Shown here: in pieces, positions 27,617 through 41,400 of the stretch
Position numbering within the stretch: the stretch's first letter is position 1
How the letters are laid out: every line of letters starts with the position of its first letter
From: Ylistrum balloti
Taxonomy: Eukaryota
Length of the DNA: 64,000 bases
Assembly: GCF_031769215.1 (NCBI RefSeq)
Contig: NW_026781862.1
Location: forward strand, 868,001 to 932,000
Direction of reading: 5' to 3'
The notes under the pieces: model-generated
Databases searched by the model: none
Seen by the model: only the letters and a program-made list of their open reading frames with translations
What the model was told of the DNA's origin: nothing
Translations under genes and position numbers: made by a program

Positions 27617-28099
27617 ATGAAATACTGTCTGTATGCAAACTTACAGCTTTTTACTGATGTAAGATATATAAATGTATGTATATGCCTAAACTGCAAGACT
27701 TCTGGAAATATGTACACGTCTTAAAATATGTATACATATACTATGATTTCTTATGAAAGCTGTGATTTTGGATTTATTTTTAAAGTTCTAGCATTTTAAC
27801 AAACAGGAAAAAAATATAATTCATTCGATCAATGCAATTTGAGGATATTGCAGAAGTTTTATCAGGCATTAACCTCTAGTCATATGCCAAATGGCTAAAT
27901 TTTTGCACTCTTGTGAATGTCAATGTGTAGATGTTCTGTTTTGCATTGGAATTTTACATTCATAACCCTACTTTCATTATTACTATAGCATAGACCGTGT
28001 AACAGCCATCTCAAACCAGTTTTTACTTTTGATAAATATCAAGCATGTTCACTTAAAATGCAGCAACTGGAATGGCTATCTGTGTTGGATGGAGCTTGG

Positions 28100-28920
28100 A
28101 GTGTTAAGGGATTGAACCTTGGCTATCCATGTATCTTTTGAAGGCTGGACTGTTAAGGTATTGAACCTTGGCCATTTGTATCTTAGGCTAGGGTGTTAAT
28201 GGGTTAAACCTGGATATCTGTGTTGGAGTCTGGAGTGTTAAGGGATTGAACCTGGGCCATTTGTATCTTAGGCTAGGGTGTTAATGGGTTGAACCTGGAT
28301 ATCTGTTGGAGTCTGGAGTGTTAAGGGATTGAACCTGGGCCAGTTGTATCTTAGGCTAGGTGTTAATGGGTTGAACCTGGATATCTGTGTTGGAGTCTGG
28401 AGTGTTAAGGGATTGAACCTTGGCCATTTGTATCTTAGGCTAGGTGTTAATGGGTTGAACCTGGATATCTGTGTTGGAGTCTGGAGTGTTAAGGGATTGA
28501 ACCTTGGCCATTTGTATCTTAGGCTAGGTGTTAATGGGTTGAACCTGGATATCTGTTGGAGTCTGGAGTGTTAAGGGATTGAACCTGGGCCAATTGTATC
28601 TTAGGCTAGGTGTTAATGGGTTGAACCTGGATATCTGTGTTGGAGTCTGGAGTGTTAAGGGATTGAACCTGGGCCATTTGTATCTTAGGCTAGGTGTTAA
28701 TGGTTGAACCGTGGCTATCTTTGCTGGAGTCTAGGGTGTTGAGGGATTAAACCTTAGCTGTCTGTGTCAGAGTCTGAATCGTTGAAGGGTTGAACCTTGG
28801 CTATCAGTGAGGGAGTCTGGAGTGTTGAAGGATTAAACTTTGACTATATGTGTCAGATGCTGGAGTGTTCAGAGGTTGAACTTCAGTCAGCAATAACTGT
28901 GTTTGAGGCTGGAGTGTTAA
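28100..28920. repeat. ~88-bp tandem array made of two related ~44-bp subunits, degenerate at its edges
   Basis: Unit ggagtgttaagggattgaacctgggccatttgtatcttaggctaggtgttaatgggttgaacctggatatctgtgttggagtct. It is intergenic. Confidence 0.9.
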
Positions 28921-29479
28921 CCACTGAATGGTGTTTTGTTCATTTTGCTCTGAATCAATATCACATCTTGATAACCTACCAACACATTTGGCTTAACATC
29001 ATGTTGTATCTAGGTTAGATGGATTACATAGAAGCTGTGGCTATCATGTTTTCCTGATGTTTTCTGGTTGTTTAATTTTGACATTTTGCATTTGATTTGA
29101 TTTGTTACATTTGACAACTTTTGCTCCAATTTCTGATGTGCAATCATTAAGTAAGATGAAATAGGAATCATAATACCAACCTCATGTGATAATACACTTT
29201 CTCTCAAAAATGAAGTTCTATTTATTAAATAAATGTAGTTTGTATATAATTTGTGTGTCATTTTAAGCCAGACGTTGCCAAGAACTAGTGGTGGGATGTC
29301 TTTACCATGATTATGAAGGAGGTAGCCAACAGTTCAGCATTGTTTCATTTTAAGCACCCTCTTGGGATGATAAATTATTTTTACGGAAAGATGTACTAAG
29401 ATTTTATAACCAGTCAGTCTCACATTGACTTTGAGATATTTTAAGCATCATTGCTATGAATTTCTTGGTTTAAGGAATA

Positions 29480-30060
29480 AACACAAGGCCCACTGGCCTT
29501 AATCATTGACCAGATTTCTTTATTGTTTTTAGCTCACCTGGCTAAACAGGCTGATCAAACTGAACCTATGGCATGGTGGGGTGACTGTCTGTCCACATTT
29601 TTTTTCTAGAAATCGCTGCTAAGTCATGAAAGATAAATTGGATTTTGATCAAATTTGGTCAGTAAATTCCTTTTGCGAAGGGAACAATTTGTGAAGGGGA
29701 ACAATTTTGTATCAACAGTAGGTTTAGAACCTAGGGGCAGGCTCCAATAGGATAAATTCTTCTGTATGAATAACAAAATTTTGTCCAAAGTTTGTTCAGA
29801 ACATTCTTCGATTGAAGAGTAATAAGAAGAGTAATCAATTCTGTATAAGCAGTAGGTCTGATTGTCATGGCGACGGAAACAAAATATAGATGAAAACCTT
29901 TGAAATCTTTCACCTTCACTTTGGATAAAGCAATTTTCAGCCAAACCAAACCTGTAATACAGGACATATAGGATTTTGAATCAAACCCTAAGTCATGGAA
30001 ATGGGTCAAGGTCATTCAAATGAACTCACACCTATGGACTTTAGCAAGCTTCAAACTAAT
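29480..30060 (-). mobile_element. HINE/pearl-like element relic
   Basis: Contains acaaggcccactggcc, tttttagctcacctgg, ctgtctgtcc and aaggtcattcaaatgaac motifs shared with other relics in this window. Confidence 0.45.
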
Positions 30061-31034
30061 TATCAACATTCAAGACTTTCTTGCTTGGAAAGCTTTGAAG
30101 AAAAAATTTAACTAATTCTGTGCTTGTGACATTGAAAAAATGGTCAGCCTATATATAATTCAAAATATTACCAAAGTTCACTTGTGTCCAATTTTCAAAG
30201 CCTGGTAATGCACTCTCCCATCAATATTTCTGGACAATTAATATGCATTAATGTTATTTCATTGCCCTGCAATAAGCCCAGCACGAAGCTGAAGGAGATC
30301 TCAGATGTTGACCCTCTTGGCTGATTTTACTGATGAAGACAATTAATGAACTGAAATAAAGAGTTTAGGTCTTTTATATGATTTTATTAAGAAGGTTTAT
30401 CTGTTTTATCTTGACAACTTCAAGTCATGAACAACCACAAAATAATAAAAAGCATCCTAAATATTTACCTGGATAATGAAATGTTTCAAATAGTCTTTAA
30501 AAACATGGAATTTTCTCATCACTAACAAGTGCTCTTGATCTACTGCTCTAGAAATCTTATCTGAGATGTAACTAAAGATTTCATGGGAAACAAGGTCACA
30601 TGGTTTCTAGTCATCAATGGATTAATTAACAGTGATTACACAAAAATAACAGATTTTGTGAAATGGAATAATGTACATTAATATATTGCACTTTTTAGAA
30701 AATTTCATTAAATACTATATAGATGACACTCATCAAGGAGAAAATCATTTTACCTAGCCATACCTTAAAATGTACACTTTCTTGGGTCACAAATTTGGAC
30801 TATTCAAACACTGATGAAACATCTGTCTTACATAATAACAAAGCTTCATCACATACACCAAGCAATCCTATACAGTCATCCATATAAACTGAACTTTCCT
30901 GTCATTCAATCACTTACAAAAAATATTCTCATACTTTTAATCACATACACCAAACATTCAGACACTCATCACACCAAACATCCTACTTCGAAACCCATGC
31001 AATTTTCAAACATTTCAATTAATGTGTTGCATAT

Positions 31035-31260
31035 TTCTCCAACAGGTGCTCTGATTGGGCCCTCTAACACATTAATATGTCCTGTATTTCTCAAACAGGT
31101 GCTCTCATTGGGCCCTCTAACACATTAATATGTCCTGTATTTCTCAAACAGGTGCTCTCATTGGGCCCTCTAACACATTAATATGTCCTGTATTTCTCAA
31201 ACAGGTGCTCTGATTGGGCCCTCTAACACATTAATATGTTCTACATTTCTCCAACTGGTG
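31035..31260. repeat. 53-bp tandem repeat, about 4 copies
   Basis: Unit ttctcaaacaggtgctctcattgggccctctaacacattaatatgtcctgtat. Confidence 0.9.
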
Positions 31261-32447
31261 GTCTAACTGGCCCCTTGAACATCAATGGTGTAAAGGTTTT
31301 CTGTTGTATAGCATTTACCTCATATTTTACAGTACTTTGATATAGTTGATGCAAAGTGACAATATCGGCTACTGACCACTCATACTTCAAATGTGATATA
31401 TCTCACCTGTATATAAATCTACACAATTCAATTATCTCTGACACAAAAATATTTTGTGATATAAAATGAAATCATTCCTGTCCAAGAATTGGCCAAAACA
31501 GATAGCAGTAAAGCATCTTCTATCCATGTTCTATCATAGTACTGACCAGGCACAACTGGGTCCCTTTATCCACATGTACTGGGTATTCTGTGGATCAAGC
31601 AGTCTCAGATTTGATCTGACAATAGTCTTGTCATTCATTTTTCCAACCAGTATTATGGGTTAAGGAAAAGACCCCAAGGTTTCAGAGATGTGGAGAATTG
31701 TAACTAGAAATCCCTTTTAATGTTCTGGGACTTGTGTCTGGTGACTACACAGTTTCCAGATTCTCCCTCACTAGATATTTGAGTAATTCTAATCAATTCT
31801 ACATGTCCTTTCAGAATGGATTCATTTTTACTGCTATGAGTTCCTGTGCTATAGACTTAAGGAATGATGTCCCATTAATTATCTTTGTTGTGGAAATCAG
31901 GTAGTCTGTTCCTCCTACAACACAAAGCATCCCATGAATTAGAGCTAAAAACGCCAAATTTAATCACATGCCACAAATTAATTAGTAAAATTAAGGAGGG
32001 TTTATGATGTATTTTACTGAATAATAATTAAACATTCTTTTAAAAAATAACATCTTATATTTCGGTACATATTTATATGTGTTTGAATGGACATTCTAAA
32101 TTTATCCTGACATGCAGAACCTCAATGTCAGGTAAGATGTTATATGTCTCTCTGATTAACATCAGTCAGTACAGTTAATCCTTTACCACATAGGATAATT
32201 AAAAGTTTGAATCAGAGAAATTATTGATATATACTTACCTTATGCTTACAAATTAGTAAATGTCAAACAAAATTTCAACAATTTGTTAGTTAACATATTC
32301 TCCAAACTACATCGACAAGCATTTAAGGAAAATGTCATGCAAGGCACATGCATAAAACTTCAGACGAAAGTGAACAAAACCTAGTTAAGATTAAATTGAA
32401 GATCTTATCATGGATCCTACGTTTGTGATAGTTATCTCTCCTTAATA

Positions 32448-35400
32448 TCAGTGTGTTCTATGGACATAGGCATCCACGAGGTCAACAGGTTTGGAGTGCT
32501 CTATGACACTGTCCATGAGTTTTCGGCTATGTAGGATGCGTGTAGTAGCCACAATGTAGTCTGTTCCTCCTGGAATGGACATGCCCATAAAAAAGATGAC
32601 ATCAACCTGCCAGTATGTGTCAGTGCACCATGTAGAAACATAGATCTTTTGGAAGGAGTGAGATGGGGAGGGTAGGCACAAAAATTGTGAGGCGCTTGAC
32701 ATAGATATTGAGACAGGAGATGAGACAGGAGATGGGACAAGGATGAGTCAGGAGGTGAGACATGGATATTGAGACAGGAGATAGGACATGGATATTGAGA
32801 CAGGAGATAGGACATGGATATTGAGACAGGAGATTAGACAAGGATATTGAGACCATATACCAGAAGACACAGGACACATGATTAAATACCATTTATCAAG
32901 GAGTTGCATTGATGTCCCCTTTCACTTTAACTTAAAAAAAGTTAAAAAGTTCAGCTACAAGCAGGCAATCTACAGAAATCAAAGTGAGTACCAAACATTT
33001 TGAAAGGAACATCACAAGTATAATGTAATAAAATACTGTATATTGGGAATTTTCTACTCGTGATTTGAAGTTTTGCGAAATTCAGCAACCCTTTCAAAAA
33101 TCACGAAAACTTCAAATCAAGAAATAAGCATCTTTCCATTTTTATTGCAAAAAGGATGAGTAATGAAGAGTTGGTGTACCTACATGCACCTGAACACTTT
33201 CTAGTCCTAAATACTTCTATGATAAATAAATCCCTTATCTTTGTATGACTACTCAGATAGATCTCCATTTGATGTTAGAACCTGCACTGGTATATATGTA
33301 AACAATGCCTATTCTTAGGTATTCAGATACTCCAAAAGAGCCCTTTCAAAATTCAAAAGGTACATTTTTGTGATTTTCGCAAGAACTGCACAGAGCAAAT
33401 ATATCCCAATATACAGTACCACAGGATAGTTTAAATGCTAATAATACTTAGTCATGCAAATATATACCACTCCAAGCATACAGAATTCTAAACATGCAAA
33501 AAGTAAAGATAGGTTCCCAAAATATGGCAGACATTTACTGTTAAATGATTCACAGAATTGGTAAGCTAGAATTGCGCTAGTTAGTTGTGTAGGAACCCAT
33601 CCATGTATTAATCAGAAAGTAGGTTTAGTATGTAATATCCACAGAGAAAAAGTGTAAACCCACCATCATCTTGCTGTGCCAGGAACCGTAATGCTGCTAT
33701 TTCAGCATATGTCACACCTCCAAGGAAAAAGACTAGAGTGACTTTCTGCTCTCCAGCACTAGAATGGGTGGATCCAATAGAACCCCCTGGAAACAGACAA
33801 TAAAAAGGCTAATAACGTGGAAATGAAATTTATATCTCCTTTCTTTTGATGTAATACTAAATTTGCCTTCAGATTTATGAATTACTATAATGGTAATACA
33901 TGTACATGTGCAGATGAATAAAAAACCAGAAACACATAGGTCTTAGTTGTAACATAAATTGTATTACTAGCAGATTAACATATGGAAACTAGCAGTGTAA
34001 CATATGTAAAAAACTTGTTCACACAACAAAAGAGATATGTTGAATAATTATAAGAAAAAAAAACTACTAAAAAATTGTCATCACTCTGCAGTAATACTAG
34101 GTAAATCAGAATAATTTCCTAACGAAAAGACACCAAAATACACCATTAAGTGTAATTTTCCTATTATTTCCTTCCAACTGAATCTTTCTACAAACCTTTA
34201 TTGAAATCAGTCAAGCATATTTTGAAAAATTGACAAATTACATTTGCAAAATGTCACTCAAAAATATGTCTCATGTGATCTAAAAGAATACCTACGTCGT
34301 TTGCGGAGAGCTACAGGGATTTGTTGAATCTCCTCTACAGTGGGACCAGGAAGGAGATTGAGGACCTCTGTAATGCTCCGCCAGCCAGGTCGGGCATAAT
34401 ACTGCGCCAGCCTCACACTTAGGGGTGCAAACCCGCTATATACATAAGCTATATCATGTGGGTTCTGAAATAACAACAGGTCATCTTTAAATTTTCCGTT
34501 AGACTCCACACAATAACCTTTGTTGTGTGGTTCTATATAAGCATTCATTAAAATTGTGTGAAATTAAATACCCAGTGAATTAACAATAAATAAAAAATTC
34601 AGAAAAAGTATATAAAAGGCCAGATTACATGGCGACATATGTCCAATTCTATGAAAATAATTCTTGTAAACTAGTCCCAAGGAGGACAGCCATGAAATAT
34701 TTTCTCCATGAAAGTTAACAATTATACAGCATTTATCCAACAGTACGAGTACAAGTGATTAATATTCAGTGATGTCAGTATCTCTAAAAACTTAGATATG
34801 TTATTTCAACATACCCCAGTAGTCACTGTATTTATCTAGTTTTTGTAAAGTTATGGTTATAATTTTTCATGTTTTTTTTTCTTTTGCAAGTCATGAAACA
34901 GATTATGGCTTTCTCTATAAATCTAATTTTTTCATGGTATCTATTTTTCACAAATTTATTCAATCTTCAAAAATGGCAAAAAAGAACACCTCTTACACGA
35001 CATACCTGTTCATTGACATCGTCTACAATCAGTCGCATGGACTTCCTTATAGCTGGGTATGTTCTGTTGCCATGGGGACGCAGTAGTCCCACCTTTTCTA
35101 TATTCATAAGTGTAACCATATGCTCATATCCATATGTCTAAAACAAAATCATTCAGATAAATTTCCTGTACATGTATAGGTTTGTGAAGTACCTGTTTAT
35201 GAAGTTGCATAGATCCTGCAAACATATACCTACATATATAGTCTACCTATTACAATTGTGATATTTCTGCAGAAAGAAATACATTTTCAGGATTTTTCTT
35301 TTTTCTTGATAGTAATATCACAGTCCATTATCAATTTCGTAATCAGTTATATTTCTACCAGTTAAGTGAATATTGACAGAATGACGTACCTGTACAATTT

Positions 35401-38400
35401 CACGTTTGTAGTGGTCGAGCACTTTTTGTTTAAGTCCGTTATTACAGTAGGATTGTATACACACCAAGCGCAGCACCTGCAATACAGTATTGTGTGATGC
35501 ATCACAACTCTCAACAGCAGATCTCCACACTCACCATACATAGTAATACAATGTTAGCAATTTTTATGATTATATAAACATTTCAATTAGATATCATTGC
35601 TCCAATCAAAATGTACTTATCAGATGAATATTGATTGTTCATACATTAGTATTTAACATTGTATTGTGAAGGTATAAACATACTAAGATCTTTGTTATTA
35701 CTTCAACCTTACTAATTATCAGTTTTCCTCTACATCATATCATACACTTACTCTCTTTGGTTGAGGTGAATATGGATATCTGTTAACTAGAATATTGTGT
35801 TATTGACTAACATGATTGATAATGTCCAGAATCTATAACACCAAACCTCATTTCACCATGCCAATAACATAAAATGTACACAATAGTATGGTGTCAAAAA
35901 GTTGTATTGATTTCAGGTAAAGTCAATAATTGTATGATATTGACCCAACATGTGACATCATTTCATATCATAAATCCTAATTAACAGCTATCACTTTAAT
36001 AACAATCTACCTTATTGATTGGTTCCTGTCTGCCCATACAGTCCTCTATATAAGGATGTATCTTGTCTGTCTCCATACCATTAATAAATTCTGTAAATGA
36101 AGCAACCAGTATGGTTATATATACAGACATATTTACATATAAACATCACCATAGCCAGGTTAAATCAGACATGACTGCAATTTTTAACAAAGAGAGAACA
36201 AGTATTCTGTTTGACAAGAAAATAAATGAAACAAATACATGTTACAGGATCAAAACACATGTAAAATGGTTATCTTCATATCTTATCTTAAGAAGAAGCA
36301 CCTTTATGCAGAGTAAATTTGATGATAAAGTCCACCTGTGGTAAGATTAGAAATAACCGAGTGCTGAATCATACCTTGTTGACAGCGTAATGAGTCCATG
36401 AACTCATCTGTATCAGTGGCTTCTTTCACTAACTCAGCAATGGATGTGTCTGTAAAAGTGAGAAATTCCTCTTAGATTTCAAACCTTTCTATTGCATTTC
36501 AGGATAAGACATTTGAAATGCATGAAATTGAACCATATAAATTGCATAATGTATTATCTGAATTTTAAAATGCATTCAAAAACTGTATAATGCTAATGCG
36601 TCAATTCTCTTATGAACACCATGCCACGTAAGTGTAATTTTTTTCATAAAAAAGACAGTAGTTGTCCTATCTTATCAATATTTTGTCACCTGATTATAAA
36701 CTTTTCATAAAACTATTATTTTAAATCAATGAAATCATTTCAATATAATGTAAAACACAAAACTTATTTTAACACAGTTTCAAATTTATTCCAGCATTGC
36801 ACTGAATTCAAGTTGGCATTCATGAGCTTATGAATGTCAACTGGACAAAGGCAAAGTCATCATGAAGCACATTAGTTAAAAGCTTATATATACTTATTTC
36901 TTACGTTATTTGACTTCAATTTTTTCTATTTTAAATTTATGCTCTTTCTGTTAGCAGTTATGAGATAATAATCAACAATATCTTTACAATGGATATATCA
37001 AGTAAGTGTGAGAAGTTGGTAAATATAACATAAATAAGTTACGTGTAGAGAGTGATGCCCTGACTTGCTGGAGGTGAGGAAGCTTGGATACAAACTGTTT
37101 CATCTCACTCACAGTTTTAGCACTATGTCGTTCCTGATTAAACAATTAAAATACATTAATCACACAGGCAACCAGTCAGGTGTCTGATCCTGATTTACAT
37201 AAATTCTGTGTGATCATTTTTACAGACAATGCAACCCAACTGAAGATATCAGTTTTATAGGTAAACATGATTTGACTCAGAATAACATTGCCACAGAGGT
37301 ATGTCAATTATGAAGGTTAAGTAAACATGAGGACTAGGTCTTTTTATTGAAAGAAAATTTTACAATACATCAAATTTTGTTTAAATCTAATTATAAAAAT
37401 TGAAGATATTTAAGGGAACAAAAAATTTATCTATCTGAACATTTTTAAAGTCCAGTATATTGCTCAAGCAAATATTGATGGCTTTTGATTAATATCAAAC
37501 TCATTCTAGATCTCAAAAGCCATAACATAACATAACTGAATCTAATTAATGGCAATAAATAAAACATCTCTTTCAAGGATTTTAAATCATCTGTGATATT
37601 ATTGTACCAAATTTGATTCCAATCTGATGAGAAAATCCTAAGTCATTTCACAGAAATCCTCAAACTAATAAGTAGGTTGAAAGGTCAAGGGTCAGGGTCA
37701 AAAGCGATATCAAATGAAGGATCTTATCCTCAGGAATATACATGCCAAATATGAAAGCCTTATCCCAGGACCCAAAGTTAAGTGCAGACAAACATACTGA
37801 CTGGCAGACAAAACTTTTGGGCATGAAATACCAGCATTAAATTTCGTAATGATGAATTTTCACAAACAATGGAACTTAAAGGACCTAAGATATCAATTTC
37901 ATAAATATACTCAGAACAATACCAGCAGTACATGTACAAACTTTTGTGTTTTGATAAACAATGAAACTGAAGGGACCCAAGATTTACAGTCTTATAGGTG
38001 TAAAACTTACATCAAATTCTGCAGTGATGACCTTTGCCTTTTTACTAACAATTGATCCAACAGCATTGAAATTTTTGTCACGAAGATCTGCATACAGTTC
38101 ATCTTGAGAGTTGAGGATGACCTTTTTAGGCTCAGATGACACTGCCTGAGGATCATCCTGTTGTTGAGGACCAGTCTGAAACTTTTCTGGGGGAAGCTTT
38201 ACACTTGCTGGAAAATAAGTAAACCAGTGGACTGGATAAGAAGTTTAAAATATGTTTTTCAAGATTGTGGCCATGGTGGGTGTGTCATCAATAATAACAG
38301 AGAAATGGGTGGTGGGCATGTCATCATAATAACAGAGTAATGGGTGGTGGGTGTGTCATCATAATAACAGAGTAATGGGTGGTGGGTGTGTCATCATAAT

Positions 38401-41400
38401 AACAGAGTAATGGGTGGTGGGCGTGTCATCAATAACAGTGTAATGGGCAGTGGGTGTGTCATCATAATAACAGTGTAATGGGCAGTGGGTGTGTCATCAT
38501 AATAACAGAGTAATGGGTGGTGGGTGTGTCATCATAATAACAGTGTAATGGGTGGTGGGCGTGTCATCAATAACAGTGTAATGGGCAGTGGGTGTGTCAT
38601 CTTAATAACAGTGTAATGGGCAGTGGGTGTGTTATCATAATAACAGAGTAATGGGCAGTGGGTGTGTCATCATAATAACAGAGTAATGGGTGGTGGGTGT
38701 GTCATCATAATAACAGAGTAATGGGTGGTGGGCGTGTCATCAATAACAGTGTAATGGGCAGTGGGTGTGTGTAATGGGCAGTGGGTGTGTTATCATAATA
38801 ACAGAGTAATGGGCAGTGGGTGTGTCATCATAATAACAGAGTAATGGGTGGTGGGTGTGTCATCATAATAACAGAGTAATGGGCAGTGGGTGTGTCATCA
38901 TCAGTAACAGAGTAATGGGTGGTGGGTGTGTCATCATCAATAAACTGATTTGGGTGGTGACTGTACTCTCTGACTGATTGGTGGTAAGTGTGTCCCCATA
39001 AATAAACTGACTGATTGGTGGTGGATGAACCATCTTAAACTGATACCAAACTCATCTATAAGACCTTATATGTCAAATGTGAGATAAGGGCTCAAAACTA
39101 TTTCTATTTTTGATAGAAAACATCTCTTCTATAAGACTGTCAGAGGTCAGTTGTAAAATAAGAGCTTACTATACTTCTATGCTTAATACAAAACATCTCA
39201 TTTACAAGACTTTCATAGGTCAGCTGTGAGATAAGGGTTTACAACACTTTATTAGTATTATTGATACATCTTGTCCGTAAGACATTTGTAGGTCAGCTGT
39301 GAGATAAAGGGTTACTATACTTACTATTATTGATACCAAACATCTCGTCTATAAGACCTTCATATGTCAGCTGTGAGAGAAGTGGGGTTAGAAGGTCCAC
39401 ATTTCGGTCCAGGATGAGCAGGTTATCTATCTGAGGTGTGATCTGTGGTTCACGGCCGCCAAGTTCTCTTCTCATACGCAGCATCATGTCCACTATATGC
39501 TGAAAAAATTACAAAAACTTATTTCAGGCATTGGACAAGCTCATTATGTAAAGTCAATTCAAGGCTCAGATGGCAATAAAATAGAGATTCAGTTATTATG
39601 AAATGAGTTGTATTTGAACATATGGCCTTTATAGTCATTAACTAGTAACATAGAGGTAGGCTTTAAGGAATTCACTTCATCCTGTAAAGCAACATATTGG
39701 ATTGTATGTACATACGTGTATACATCTTACAAGATATATTGTACACCAACTTTCTTTTATGGCTACTCGCTTTGGTTATTTCAGCTATACAACAAATTCA
39801 AAGCAACTCGTTAACTAGTGTTAACTAGAGTTAACTAGTGTTAACTATAATCTTGGCACATTCTCCTTTGCCACAGATGTTTGGCATGATGCCACACAGA
39901 ACTAGTGTTAACATCTACTTTGACATAGTTTCCCTTGCCACAGATGTTTGGCATGATGCCACACAGAACTAGTGTTAACACCTACTTTGACATAGTTTCT
40001 CTTGCCACAGATGTTTGGCATGATGCCACACAGAACTAGTGTTAACATCTACTTTGACATAGTTTCCCTTGCCACAGATGTTTGGCATGATGCCACACAG
40101 AACTATTGTTAACACCTACTTTGACATAGTTTCCCTTGCCACAGATGTTTGGCATGATGCCACACAGAACTAGTGTTAACATCTACTTTGACATAGTTTC
40201 CCTTGCCACAGATGTTTGGCATGATGCCACACAGAACTAGTGTTAACATCTACTTTGACATAGTTTCCCTTGCCACAGATGTTTGGCATGATGCCACCCA
40301 GAACTAGTGTTAACACCTACTCTGACATAGTTTCCCTTGCTACAGATGTTTGACATGATGCCACACAGAACTATTGTTAACACCTACTTTGACATAGTTT
40401 CCCTTGCCACAGATGTTTGACATGATGCCACACAGAACTACTATTACTCCTATCTTCGAACAGTCTTCCATGCAATAGATGTTAGCTATAATGCCACCAA
40501 GGGCTAGTGATGACTCCTACCTTTGCGCAGTCTCCCTTGCCACAGATGTTAGGTATGATGCCATAAAGAGCCTGTAAAGTCATCAGGGACTGTGCAGCAT
40601 AATGCATTGATGTAAAGTCATTCTCTAGGTAACACTCCTGTGGTAACAAAGGTAAAATGATGCGAGTCAAATTGTGAAAATAGAGTTATACACATTAAAC
40701 TGAACACATTATATAGATTTTTAACACAAACAAGGTTGTTCAAAGCAAAATGTTGATATACATCATATGTAACATGAAACAATTCTAAGGACCACAAAAA
40801 CATGTGTAAGTAATGGCCGTGAAATATTTATAAGGTAAGAAGATTTGATCCTAGTACGGCGACCTACCCTAAAAGAAGATTCCATTTCCATAGAAAGTAG
40901 ATCAGAATCAAAAGGAATGAGAGAGAGTTGGAATTCCTCAAAATTGGTTATGGTACCATACACTCCCATTTCCTGTAGACAAAAAAATAATTGAAATTCA
41001 ATATCAGTTCAAAATGAAGGATCTATCACAAGTTATTTTGCTGTTGTCTTTCACTGAAATTGAGAAATAACCAACAATTTTCCTTCTTAATATTTTATTT
41101 TTGAGGTACATGTAACTATTTCTTATGACTTTCTTTTTATCCAATATGAAGAAAAAACTGATACCCTTCAATTAAAAACCTTACAGATTCAGAAGTAAAA
41201 GGTTACTTACTATAATCTCATTTATTTTGAGTTTCATGCTATGTATATTTTTACCTTCAGCTTCTTGTCACATAGCAGACTCCTTCTGGGAACAAAGATA
41301 ATATGGTAATCCTTCCTAAAGCCTCCTTTTTGTTCCTCTCTAAAAACAAAAAAAGAAATTACTGAAATTTTGACTAAATCTTATGATGTATTTTACATTC

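Noticed and set aside
28329-28574. Repetitive ORFs here and at 63305-63801
   Set aside because: They are products of tandem arrays.
31535-31670. Perfect U12 branch-site word TTCCTTAAC followed by an AC and a short open frame on the minus strand, downstream of VPS33A
   Set aside because: No matching RTATCCT donor was found upstream, VPS33A already has a good terminal exon, and the peptide is unrecognisable.
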